A DNA stretch of 64,000 nucleotides from Camelus dromedarius. Its lineage: Eukaryota. The position numbers were made by a program, and so were the translations under genes. The notes under the pieces are model-generated. The model was not told where the DNA came from. It saw only the letters and a program-made list of their open reading frames with translations, and ran no database searches. Shown piece after piece: positions 52,001 through 64,000 of the stretch. Location of the stretch: contig NC_087437.1 of the NCBI RefSeq assembly GCF_036321535.1, forward strand, positions 28,770,001-28,834,000, given 5' to 3'. Each line of letters starts with the position of its first letter. Position 1 is the first letter of the stretch.

Positions 52001-52612
52001 CAAAGTGGGAAATGGGTGACATGCTTCAGCAAAAGGGAGTCAGAATGCACCATTGTCTCACTCCCCCAGTGGTCCCCACTTTTTCCGGAACTGTCACAAT
52101 GCATTGGAAAGGAGGAGAAAGTGGCGCCTGCTAGCTCTAAGCATTCTTCCCTGGTGACATCATGCAGAAAGGGGGAGGCAGCTGGAACTGACAGGAAAGG
52201 ACGCTCAGTCGGAAAACATGAACTCTAGCCCCCACTCTGCTCCTCACTCACTGGTGGGGTAAGGAAGGCCCCTCCACTTCTCTGGGATTGAGTTTCCTTC
52301 GCTGAGAAATGAAGGAGCTGGTCTAGATGAGCTAAAAGAGGTCTCATGGCTCTAAGTTTCTGCGACTCTCTGATCGGTGTAAGAACACACCACTTTCCGA
52401 GTGCTCTGGCTACATTTATGACAGTGTGCAATCACAGCAAGCCTGAGCTGTCTCTATGGGCAGTACTGGCTCATCTGGTTCTCAGACTGGCTGTAAATGG
52501 AAAATGGAGAGCAACATCAACTAGTCTGAAGAAAAATCTACCCTCTCTCTATATGACACATGCAAGGGGGGATGATTAGGAACAAGCTTGGACTGTCAAA
52601 AATATAGGTCAC

Positions 52613-53140
52613 TCCTGGGTATATATACCCCTCCCCTCCAAACCCCACTAATTTGAAAAGATACATGCATCTCAATGTTCATAGTAGCATTATTTACGAT
52701 TGCCAAGATATGAAAGCAAGTGGCCATCAACAGGTGATTGGATAAAGAAGATGTGATATAGATATACAATGAAATACTACTCAGCCATAAAAAATAATGA
52801 AATTTTGCCATCTGCAGCAACATGGATGGACTTGGAGGGCATTATGCTAAGCGAAACAAGTCAGACAGAGAAAGACAAACACTATATATCAATTACATGT
52901 GGAATACAAAAAATACAACAAATTAGTGAATATAACAAAAAAGAAGCAGACTCACAGTTACAGAGTACAAACTAGTGGTTACCAGTGCGGAGGGGGAAGA
53001 GGGAAGAGGAAACATAGAGGTAGAGGAGTAAGAAGTACAAACTATCAGGTATAAAATAAGCCACAGGATATATTGTACAATGTGGTGAATATAGTCAATA
53101 TTTTATAGTAAGTATAAATGGAGTATAACCTTAAAAAAAA
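52613..53140 (+). mobile_element. 5'-truncated L1 (ORF2 end and 3'UTR), A-tail begins before the usual 3' end
   Basis: YYSAIKNNEILPSAATWMDLEGIMLSE peptide; degenerate TSD aaaaatataggtcac (52598-52612) / aaaaacaaagatcac (53141-53155). Confidence 0.9.
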
Positions 53141-54084
53141 AAAAACAAAGATCACCCTGTAGATAAGATATTTGGTTGTACAGCACCACTGTAAGGCATC
53201 TGTTCCTGTGAAGGCCAAGCTCAGACAATGCTCAGACCACACTCAGACACGGACAAAGACCGCTCTCATTCTATTAAATTGCTCATAGTGGAGGGGGCAC
53301 CACACAGACAAGGCAGTTCCACCGTGTGCCCTCTTTGCTTAGTGCTGGACTAATCGCAGGACTTTGTAACCACAAAGTCATCTACCATATTTTAGATTCT
53401 TCAAAATAAGTAAGAACTTTGCATGTAGGTAAGAAAGACAGCACAAATTCAGTATCTAGCTTAAAACGTCTAGTTTTAAGTACAAAGTAGAACCCATCCA
53501 AGCATATTTTTCTTTCCTTTTCAGTGAGTCAGAGTGGGAGGGGGGAGAGATAATAATCAATGTGTCAGACTTAAAAGTAATGACTAATCAAGAATTATGT
53601 AATTGCTAAGCTTTTTCGGTTTTTGAACAAAATAAGGCATTTTTACATTGATAGAGCTATTCAGTTTCTTTCAAATACAGTGAGTGAAGTTCAGGTATTT
53701 TATATTTTAAAATGAACAGAGAATCAACGTTTGTTGTACGTGAGATGATAAACCACATGCAGATTAGCAAATGGTAGGGAAATCTTATACTATATTTATC
53801 TTGTCCTAGTTTAATAACTGACCTCTACCAGGCTTTTTTTCCCCCCATTAGAGCCTATTCCAGTGGACCATAGACTTCAGAAGGATGTTTCAAAATAGAC
53901 GCAGCATAAAATGCAAAGAAAAACATCCATCTAAGGTCTATGACCTACTGGGAGCATGATGATACTTAGATCCCAAAGCATTAAAAGACCATATCGTAAC
54001 AACAATAGTGGTATTGAGTTAAATTAATCTAGGAAACAAAAGCTGTTCTACATTTCATATAGAAAAATGAATTTATAACTTTGG

Positions 54085-54495
54085 CCTATTGAATGACATA
54101 CAGACATGCTGCTTACCACCCTGTGAATGTGGATAACTTATTTAGACTTTTTCTCCCTCGGTTTTCACTTTGTAGAACAGGTTCCATAGTATCGTGTACC
54201 ATATAGAGTTTTTTAAGGATTAGATGAAATCAACATGTAAAATCTTAACAACCTACACATACTAAGAATTCAATTAGCAGTGCCTTTAAAATAACAAGAA
54301 AAAACCCCACACGTTTTACAGCCAGAGACCTTTAAAATTTTAGCTTCTCCTTGTACCAGCATTATAACCTTGGGCAAATTACCCCTCTGGATTTAGTCTC
54401 CTCATCTGCAGAACAAATTAAAAACATCTAGCATGCAGTATTGCTTCAAGATGAGTGATAGTACATGTAAAGCACTGGTTCATTATTCAATAAAT
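54085..54495 (+). mobile_element. Two adjacent MIR fragments
   Basis: 'ctgtgaatgtggataacttattt...cctcggttttcactttgtagaa' and 'taaccttgggcaaattacccctctggatttagtctcctcatctgcaga...acatgtaaagcact'. Confidence 0.7.
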
Positions 54496-56858
54496 GCACT
54501 TAGTAGGTGCCAACAAGACTTTATACAAGTGTAAAGTCATCAAAATGTATACATTTATACATGTATAAATTCATCAAAATGAAAACATGTAATTATAAAG
54601 TGTGTTTAGACTTTCATATTCTGAGATTTTTAAGTATTTTAAGTGTTTGTGTATTATTTAAGCATATATAATATTTTTCTACCATTCATCATTAACAATG
54701 AGGTAAAAATTAAACAACCCAACTAAAATGAGATAATTCGTGTCAAAAATATTTCTGCAGCTGGAAAGGAACTATATAAGGGTTTAGCTGAATGATTTTT
54801 TCCCAAAAGGTTTCTTATATATTCATTGATATGTCTACAAAAACAAATGGATGAAAAGAAAGTGAAGAGTCCAGTGCCACATCTTTGCATTTGCATCATG
54901 GTATACTGCTATAACTGCGAGGGTCGTTCCTTGTGGTGCTCGATGTTGGCCTGAGACTCGATCCAGGGAGGAAATGTGCATCATCACACATGCTGCTCCT
55001 TAAAAACCTGGCATGGTTTCAGGGTATCCTCTTTAAATTGCACTTAATGATATTATAAAATTTCCAAGCAAATCCAGTGATTCAGATGGGGCATTTTGTT
55101 TTTTCATCTTAGCAAGAAGCTATTCAGATCTGTGCGCATTCCTCAAAATAGATGATGATAAGAAACACGATATTCACACACCATTGTAATGGAGAGAGCA
55201 AGACCATCCTGATTTATGAATTTTACATTTTACTGATTTGATCCCACAAATCATATTTATAAATGATTCTGAATTATTTTCTGTGATGGTGATTCTCAAA
55301 CATTGCAGACCAGGGGCCACTTCAACAAGGGCAAGTGATTATTCTCAGACTAGCAAAATGGAATACACCCTTGCTTCCCATTTAGAACACAGCAATTATT
55401 ACTGAAGCTCTGCTATGTACGCTCCATTTAGTACCTTATTAAATCCTAACCTCAATTTCAGATTCTCTTTCTGCTCATTGATCCAACTTATCATTGCCTG
55501 TTTGTTTGTCCTGAAACCCCACGTGGTGGTGACCTTGTTTTACATATTTCCATCTCATGCACATCTATTGTTTTGCTCCCACAGATCTACTAATTCAAAT
55601 GCCACATTGCTTTTTGGCTTGGATGCTCACAGGGAGCAGTTCTGATTGCCCAGCTGCCAGTGGACTTCTTCAGTGACTTCCTGGGATGCTTTTCTTTGGA
55701 AGCATTTTTACTACAATTTCTACTGCCTGGCATCCCATTTATTTGTGTACATATCTTAGCTTCCCACGGAATAAACTGTAAGCCATGGAGGAATAGGAAC
55801 AGTATATTTGAATAGTATTATTTACATAGCAGTATTTGAACATGCTCATTTCCCAGATTCTGCATTTCTTTTCCTCTTGTTAATTAGAGAGGAAGTAAAT
55901 GCACATATTTTCTGTCTCAGAAAACTTTTGCTTTTAATTCTGGGAAAGTCTCATTATATTTTTGTATTACAGATTCAAGAATAAATCACTGTCAGAATAA
56001 ATGGTAATGAGTGCATTACCAACTTTCTGTCACATTTAATTTGGCTTTTCTCCTATCATTTTTCACACTGAAGAAACAATGAGACTCCAAACTCAGCAGA
56101 ACTCTAGGCAGGATCAATGATGTGCTTTTTAAAAACACCTCTTAGGTGATCTAATGGTATGGAAATCAAGGTAGAATAAGGAATTCTGAATCTTACTGTT
56201 AATTTTTTACCCCAATCTTTTCCTTTATGTATTTTTGGAACTTGGACAAAGTTCCTGTTTGGCCTGTGTGGTTAAGTTTTCACTAACTTATAGCATCAAA
56301 ACAATAATGTCTTACAGTGATTTTATTAAGAATTTTTAGGCAAAAGTTGTGACTGATATTTATATATGTTTATCTGTGTACATTATAACATTTAAATGGC
56401 CCTGCGGATTTTCAGAAATGTTAGACTGCTTACTAGTTGCTTCCTTTGGTATTTTTAAATAGTAATAAGAGAAAAATGTGAGGTTTTTTTCTGTAAAACA
56501 TTATTCTCTAAAAATTTTCTAATCTTCTTTATAATTAAATTCAATTGATCACTGTTCATTTATTATAACAACAAATTAAAATTTAATTGGGAATGTATTT
56601 CTCATACTAGGAAGAGGTATAAAAACTATTACTAATATAAGAAATTTTAAGCCAACAACAGTGTCATTACTTAAAATGGGAAGTTAAGAAAGAGTTCAGT
56701 TTAGTTTCTTTTTGGGAAAGAAAGATGATGAGTTTTGTAGTTAGACATATTGAGTGCTTTGTATTTTAACAGGAAATACAATTGTTAATTATTTGTAGGT
56801 CGGCCACGTTTAGAAATTGTGTACAATTTACTTACTTGCCATAGCTATAGAAAGAGAT

Positions 56859-57381
56859 TGTTTTAGATGGAATGTAATAGGAAAGAACAGATCTGACTCC
56901 ATATTAGATCTGTTCCCTGTGCTCTGTTTCCTTGCTTAGTCATACTTGTTCTGCCCCTTTTGTTAAAGAATGTTGTTTCTCATAGCCTCAGATATACAGG
57001 ATAGCTCATTTTCAAGGCTCTGACCTTTAAGGGTCTAACAGTTTTCCATTCACATAGAGATTAAAAAGTTGCAGAACAGAGAATAATTTGTCTTGGTTAA
57101 GGTCTACAGGAATATCATGACCTGACCTAGGTGGACAGCTGCAAGAACAAATGATTCCAACACCAAGAAGTTGGCAACAACCAACCACACACCCTCCCCT
57201 TTTAAGTATAAAAGGAGCCTGAATTCTGACTTGGGTAAGATGGTTCCTTTGGGGCACTAGTCCACCATCTTCTTGGTGAGCTGGCTTTCTGAATAAAGTT
57301 GCTGTTCCTTCCCCCAACAACTTGTCTCTTGATTTATTGGCCTGTCATGCGGCCAGCAGTAAGAGTTTGGACTCTGTAACA
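56859..57381 (+). mobile_element. Solo LTR, ERV1-class-like, ~523 bp
   Basis: tgtt...aaca termini, flanks agat/agag (3 of 4 match), TATAAAA at 57207-57213, AATAAA at 57292-57297. Confidence 0.85.
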
Positions 57382-58213
57382 AGAGAAACTGTTACTGTAA
57401 CTATGAAATGACAGGGGTTATCATTGGGTATCTCATAGTGATGGAAATTACTATTGATTTTCTTCTCTGTATTAACTCTTGTAATGACCATGAAACAATG
57501 GAAGGATTGAGTAAACCGGTAGTTTTGTTTTCTTTTGCCTTTTGATGAAAATGCTGAATACATACGTATATTTTTGCTATACTTTATTTTCCATCATCTC
57601 CAGTGACCATTTACTTATTTGAAGCTGAATGTATTTGTCCAAGTTATTTTGCTTGGCTCTCTCATGTCCTGATAAGAAATTCATCTAAGGTATAATTTAT
57701 TAATATTTAATATCTAAAGAACAACCCAATTAGAATCAATGAGTATTTTTTGAAATTGCTGGAAAGAGTTTTTTTCAATAGCCAAACATCATAGGAAAAG
57801 TTCTGTTTCTATTGAAATTTCCTTACGCTGGAAGAACTTGACATTCTTACAGAATGAATTTGAATACAGTGGTTACTTCCAGGAGAAATAATAGAGAGAA
57901 AATAATTTGTGAAATTTATCACTAGAGACATACATAATCAATTATCATTAAGCCTGACATTTTGAAAATATTGTCTCCTGTATTTCTAGAATTTATGGTT
58001 ACTTTAAGCTTGGTGAACTTCTTTGTTAAAGTATATTTTGGGTAAAAAAATAGTGAGAGGAGAAAAGAAAGGCTCAAGTATGAAATAAAAGTATTGCTAA
58101 AAGTTGATTAGCTTTAAAAATCAATTTAAAAACAATTAAACTAACTCAATGTATTGTTCAGTATGTTGTCAGCACAGTTTTATATGGACTAAAGCAGAAG
58201 GGTAGAATAGTTT

Positions 58214-58308
58214 CACAGTAATTCATAATTTTTAAACGTTATAATCCATTTATAGTTATTATAAAATATTAGCTATATTACCTGTGTTATACACTATATC
58301 CTTGTAGT
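58214..58308 (-). mobile_element. Short L1 3'UTR fragment (same type as 52613-53140)
   Basis: Reverse complement matches 53060-53132 ('caaggatata...taatattttataataactataaatgg'). Confidence 0.7.
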
Positions 58309-59419
58309 CAAATAGGTATATTTTTGAATATTCACTTTCCTGTTAATTTCTCCCAATTTCCCTTCTTAAATGTGCATATTCATCGATGGAGATTATCAGT
58401 TGCGTGATAAAGATGGATCCTTTCCAAAATTATATTGGTAAGTTAATACAGTAATTTTGATAGTAGAAAGGATCTTTTTTGCTTGATCTTCAGTATCATC
58501 TAATTATTAGCATAGTGTCAAGCACTTTTAAGATACGGAAATATTAATGATGATAATGTACATTACAAAGTCATATAGGAGAAATACGATTTGACTTTTT
58601 CTGATCATGTAGGTTTGGATATCTTGCTTTTTCCAGCAGACACAGATTTATGTTCCATTTTTGCTTTGGAGGGTTTATGTTTCTATTTTAACTACTTTTT
58701 AAATTTTTCAATGGACCACTTTTTAGCCATTGATCTCTTCTGTGAAGGGAATATATGTCATGAAATTTAATGAAACACAACAGTAAGCGTAAAATGCACA
58801 TCTAACCTATATTTAAAATATGAACTTATAAAACATTTCAAAATATATAAGCCAAAATAGGCAAAAGGCATAAACTAGTGAAACTCCCCTGCAACTCCCA
58901 CCATTAACCAAGTATTAGAAAAGAAGAATGAGCCAAAGCAATCAATGCAATGTCAAACCTGGCCCACAAAGGTATGATCTTTGATCTGCATAGTACTGGC
59001 CTATGTGGTGTTTTATATTTGGATTATTTGCCAACATACATATTAAAAGAGGATGCTTAGAAATCTAGATTTATGGATTCCCTTTAAAATACTTACATAT
59101 ATTATCAATAATATAGTATAATAAAATGTTTATAACATAATATATATGATATACACATGTAAATATTTATTTTGTATATTAAAAATATAATATAACATAA
59201 TATAAATCTTGAAATCCTATAAGACAGCAATTGGCTTGATAGTTCAGCATCTTCCCTTTTTCGGGAGAATATGCTCTCCAGGTCTTCCCATTTCCCTCTC
59301 CTCCCTGTTTCTCCCTGAAGCTGAAAAGCGAGTTACGCATAACCTGCTTCATTTATACACAAAACATGCCTGGTCCTTGCTGTAACTTTTATTTTAATTC
59401 CCTGTAACACCTTCATACT

Positions 59420-60006
59420 TCTAAAGAATGTGATGATCATAATGACCATATATTTTCTGTACAAAGCATTACTTTCACATTCCACATCTCTGAAACATAC
59501 ATGAATGAAATTGCTTATTACCTCACCTTCTACAATAACCCAACCATCTCTGGACAACTTGGTTGCTCAGTGAAGACCACTGGTGGTCTGTGGAGGAGCA
59601 CTGGCTTATAAGATAAAGTTTTAAGTACTTAGCATTGCATTAAAGACCAACTATCATCTGGTCCTGGCTTTTCTTTGCCTCTTGACTCATACAAAAACCA
59701 CTTCTTCCCCAAACCTTTTTTTTAAACATAAGAAAGACTTAAAGTTGTCAGAATTTGCAAGCTCACTCATATATCCATTTGCTTATGCATTCCTTTGTCC
59801 TATAGTGTTGTTCACCTTTTTGTCTATCTGGTAAAATAATTTTGGCTTATATATTAGACTTCCTGATATATCTATCACCGTAAAGAACAGGAACATTTTT
59901 GTTTGACATTTTATGCCCATCATTTTCATAGTTCGTTGAACAAATTAAACATCAGGTAATTAAAAATATGCTTATTGAATGAATAAATGATTGAATGAAT
60001 GAATGA
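59420..60006 (+). mobile_element. L2 fragments with (TGAA)n tail
   Basis: 'taagtacttagcattgcattaaagacc...tcatctggtcctggc', ends 'gcttattgaatgaataaatgattgaatgaatgaatga'. Confidence 0.65.
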
Positions 60007-60812
60007 TGTTACAGTGACCAACTTTAATCAAACCTAAAGCTACAGATTAAATCAAAACCTAATCAAGAACTGTGGTGATTTACAGAAAAGATAATTCATA
60101 TTCTGAGTATTTATTCTTAGAAGATAACCCAAGAGAGAACAAGATGTTTAAAGAGTACATATAGGTTGAGGACCATTCATTTCAAGACAACTCTAACATT
60201 GGAGGATTTTCTTTTCAAGTCTTTTCATCATGGGGGTCAACAAACTGCCAAAATATTGCAAGAGATTCTGCAGAAACCTCTAGATATTCTAGTATTTCCT
60301 TCTATTTGTTGAAGCTTTGGAATTATTGGAGTTACTGGCATTTTTAGACTGCAGATGTTTAAGCAGTTGGACCTCTTTAAAACATTAATTTTAGCTCTTT
60401 AAGAGTATATTTGATTTTATTACAACTTCACTCACAAAAGCAACACCAAAATGTTTTGTTTCAAAGTTCAATTTCTAAAAAATGTTTCATAAAATCATGG
60501 CGATTCTAGAAGAGCTTAATCATCAAAACACAAATTATCTATATTGAAAACTTTCATGAATATTGTGTCTTTGAGAAGAAGCTTCACAATGAGATTTTGG
60601 TTTAATTTTTTAAAAATATTTGGGCTTTTTCACATTAGATACCAACTCATTGACAATCCACAACACCCTTGTAATAGTAAGAATGGTTTCTAGGGTTGCC
60701 AACAATTATTAAAGGAATTCATCCACAACTTTGACTCTCTAGGTCATGAAATTAGTTTAATAAATATTGCCTTTTCATGAAACTGATTTTGAAATGGAAG
60801 GTAAATGAAGTT

Positions 60813-61857
60813 AGCAATATTCTTCTAGGGCAATCTACCAAAGCAATAAAAATAAAAGCAAAAATTAAAAAATGGGACCTAATTTAACTTAGCTTTTGCA
60901 CAACAAAGAAAACTATAAACAAAACAAAAAGACAACCTACGGAGTAGAGAAAATATTTGCAAACGATGTGACTGACAAGGGCTTAATTTCCAGAATATAC
61001 AAATAGCTCACACAGCTCAATAACAAAAAACAAATAACCCAATCAAAAATGGGCGGAAGACCTAAACAAACATTTCTCCAGTGAAGACATGCATATGGCC
61101 AATAGACACATGAAAAAATGCTCAATATCACTAACTAGCCATGAAATGCATCAAAACTACAATGAGGTATCATCTCATACCAGTCAGAATGGCCATCATT
61201 CAAAAGTCCACAAATGATAAATGCTGGAGAGAGTGTGGAGAAAAGGGAACTCTCCTGCACTGCTGGTGGGAATGTAGTTTGGTGCAGTCATTATGGAAAA
61301 CAGTATGGAGATTCCTTAAAAAACTAAAAGTAGAGTTACTGTATGATCCAGCAATCCCACTCTTGAGCCTATATCCAGAAGGAACTTTAATTCAGAAAGA
61401 TACATGCATCCCAATGTTCATAGCAGCACTATTTACAATAGTCAAGACATGGAAACAACCTAAATGTCCATCAACAGATGAATGGATAAAGAAGATGTGG
61501 GTATATATATACAATGGAATACTACTCAGCCATAAATAAGAATAAAATAATGCAGCAACATGGATGAAACTGGAGATTGTCATACTAATTGAAGCAAGCC
61601 TGAAAGACAAAGAAAAACACCATATGATATCACTTATATGTGGAATCTTTAAAAATGATACAAATGAACTTGTTTACAAAACAGAAACAGATTCACAGAC
61701 ATAGAAAACAAACTTACAGTTACCGGGGGAAATGGGTGGGAAGGGATAAACTGAGAATTTAGGATTTGTGGATACTAACTACTATATATATAAGACAAAC
61801 AACAGGGTCCTATTGTATAGCACAGGGAACTATATTCAATATCGTATAATAGCCTAC

Positions 61858-61895
<38 letters not shown>

Positions 61896-61975
61896 CTGAA
61901 ACACTATGCTCTACACCAGAAATTAACACAACATTGTAAACTGACTGCATTTCAATGAAAGAAAAGAAGAAAAGA
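60813..61975 (+). mobile_element. 5'-truncated cetartiodactyl-type L1, ~1.16 kb (ORF2 C-terminus, 3'UTR, A-rich tail), frameshifted
   Basis: [18 protein letters not shown]...[18 protein letters not shown]...[15 protein letters not shown] peptide; 3'UTR 'gtatagcacagggaactatattcaatatc'; internal (TA)n at ~61863-61894. Confidence 0.95.
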
Positions 61976-63455
61976 AATCTAGTTCTTTATTTGCTTATCT
62001 GCTAAGCTCTTTTTTTTTCTTTCTTCACCAAGAAAAAGTTGTAAGTATGGGTGAAACAAGGAACAATCAATAATAATAGAAGTATGCCTCCCATGTGGGC
62101 AATAGTTTTGGGGAATATAAAGCAGTTGAAATGACAAGAGCCCTATGGCTTTCTCTTCCATCCTTCCCCACAGGGAATCTCCATGACTCCTGCAGTTTCT
62201 CATCCTCAGCACCAGGGGCTGGCCTGGGCTGCCCTCCTTCTCTGAACGTATTTGTATCTCAGAGGAGAGCTCAGAGGAGGGCTCTGTTAAAGGCTATAAT
62301 TAAGGGCTTTGCTACCAGGACATCTTCTGAGTTGGAAGCGAATTAGTTACCCTTACAAATGTCATCAAGAAGAGCCTCTACGTGACGGCAACTGACTGTA
62401 AGCCGTTGTACTCTGCTTTCAATAACTGAAACAACATTCAGCCGGGAGGTAGTTAATTCTGAGCCTTAGTTATATTGATGGCAAAATTAACCTTTCAGGG
62501 AGATGTGCTAAAAGAGAAATTAAAGATCGATACTAGATTCGGTATAAAAATCTCTGCCATTAGAACAGCTGGAGTTATATCTGGGCAAAATCTTTAAAAA
62601 TTACTTCATTATGATGTGGCATAGAAGTAAACAAATTAAGAAGACAAGTATGTACTTCAACATTGTGCAATTTTTGAATGAAGTCTAGGAAAAATAAACA
62701 TGTTTTCATTTGTCACAATTATGGACAACAGTGAAGACTAAGTCTACTTGCATCATCAGTAAATGGCTGCACTGCCCAATCTCATTAAGAATGGATGTAC
62801 TACAATGACACTCTGAGAAACGAATCTTTGTGTAAGGCACCAGTTGGTCTAGGGTAGCACAATTTAAAAACTAATAAAAACTAGTCTGACACGCTGACAT
62901 TCTATCATCCAGCCCCGAGGTAACGTTTCACCAGAGGCAGCAGATAAATATCAACAAAATTTGTTTAAGCTGGCATTGAAACATGTTTATCTCGTTCATC
63001 TCTTCAAATTACAACAAGATCAAATAAACTGAGTGAAACATTATTGAATATGAATTAAATTATGGTATAACAAGTAAGATCATATTTCTCCAAATATGTA
63101 ATCCATCACTGAACTGTTACATACAGCGTATTCCACTGAAAATAAGAAATCCATTCTTCAAAATCTATGTTAAAAAGGACTCTAACAGCAACTGACACAT
63201 ACTGATTGCATGGCAGTGAAGGGAAAAATGAACCCAGGAGTTTTCCAATGTTTAAAGTCATATAGTTCAAGAATGTTTAAAAATACAAACTTGACCAAGC
63301 AGTTCCATTATTCTGTTATCTTTTTGGTTTTCCTTTCAGTTACACTTGGGAACAAATATATCACCATAGAGTGAATTTAAATATGTAGTTGAGAGTGGGA
63401 AGACGGGAAAGACTAGATTCAGTGGGATTTTCAATAGAAAATACAAATGAAATCA

Positions 63456-63530
63456 TAATTGTCACTAAAATATCTCTAGATAATTGTCACTAAACTATTT
63501 CTAGATAATTGTCACTAAACTAGCTCTAGA
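63456..63530. repeat. 25-bp tandem repeat, 3 copies (taattgtcactaaactatttctaga)
   Basis: Units at 63456, 63481 and 63506 with 2-3 differences between copies. Confidence 0.95.
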
Positions 63531-64000
63531 CAGCCCTTCTTGGTTAATACATCCAGGAATCTCAGCACATTTTCATGGAATCCTAGGGTCATGTGGAAAA
63601 GAATCTATGAAACTTTAACCTAGCAATGCAGTTCCATAAAAGTTTCTTTTTTTCTTTTTCTTCTCAGACAGAAAACTTCCTTTAAATAAACAGAAAGATA
63701 ACAAACAGCTCCTGATGGTTAACTTTTCATTTATGACCTTTAAGATGTAAAAGAAACTTTTAACAGGAACTCTATTTAGGGTAGAGAGATTCTGTCTTAT
63801 CTTGATGGGAAGGAAACAGCTGCTGCTCAGTCTCCGCCCTCCTTGGTGAGCAGCAGAGGAGATAATGTGTGTGGAAGTTCTGTGGGTCTGTAAGACGCTA
63901 TATAAATGTTACTTGTTAAAAAGTCAAGCAATCCATGGTGTGCGTCTACCTTTCTTGTTTTACTCCTCATGAATTTTTTTCCTTCTTTATTCTGCCTTGT

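Noticed and set aside
54860..55010. CpG-containing - strand exon candidate
   Set aside because: Weak acceptor, no clear donor, no recognisable peptide.
58945..59340. hAT MITE remnant around an AT-rich tract
   Set aside because: Resemblance too vague to assign a family or boundaries.
61141..61539. 132-aa ORF as a host gene
   Set aside because: It is L1 ORF2 C-terminal sequence within a truncated, frameshifted L1.
63456..63530. CRISPR-like array
   Set aside because: Head-to-tail repeats with no unique spacers, no cas genes, eukaryotic context.
1..64000. A novel multi-gene or defence-type biological system
   Set aside because: No gene-dense region, operon or long non-transposon ORF; the sequence is ordinary repeat-rich mammalian non-coding DNA.

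Overview
AT-rich, CpG-depleted placental-mammal DNA, non-coding in character (a long intron or intergenic stretch). It holds young cetartiodactyl-type L1 3' ends but no Alu, Bov-tA/CHR, PRE-1 or CanSINE that I could recognise, which points tentatively to a camelid. Most identifiable content is transposon-derived: young L1 insertions with clear target-site duplications (TSDs, one with a clean twin-priming inversion), old L1M, L2 and MIR, MaLR/ERVL/ERV1 solo LTRs, and MER2, MER5, MER58 and Charlie-type DNA transposons. One plausible 71-nt internal coding exon lies on + at 3870-3940; I could not identify the gene. The longer ORFs in the track are L1 ORF2 debris or chance ORFs. I found no prokaryotic-type system, CRISPR array or RNA gene, and no convincing novel biological system. 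The most interesting items are local mutational structures: the inverted L1, a 46-bp L1 stub, a direct-inverted-direct micro-triplication, a ~112-bp dispersed duplication and a 25-bp triple repeat. Repeat family names come from recalled consensus similarity rather than a database search, and the boundaries of old elements are approximate.
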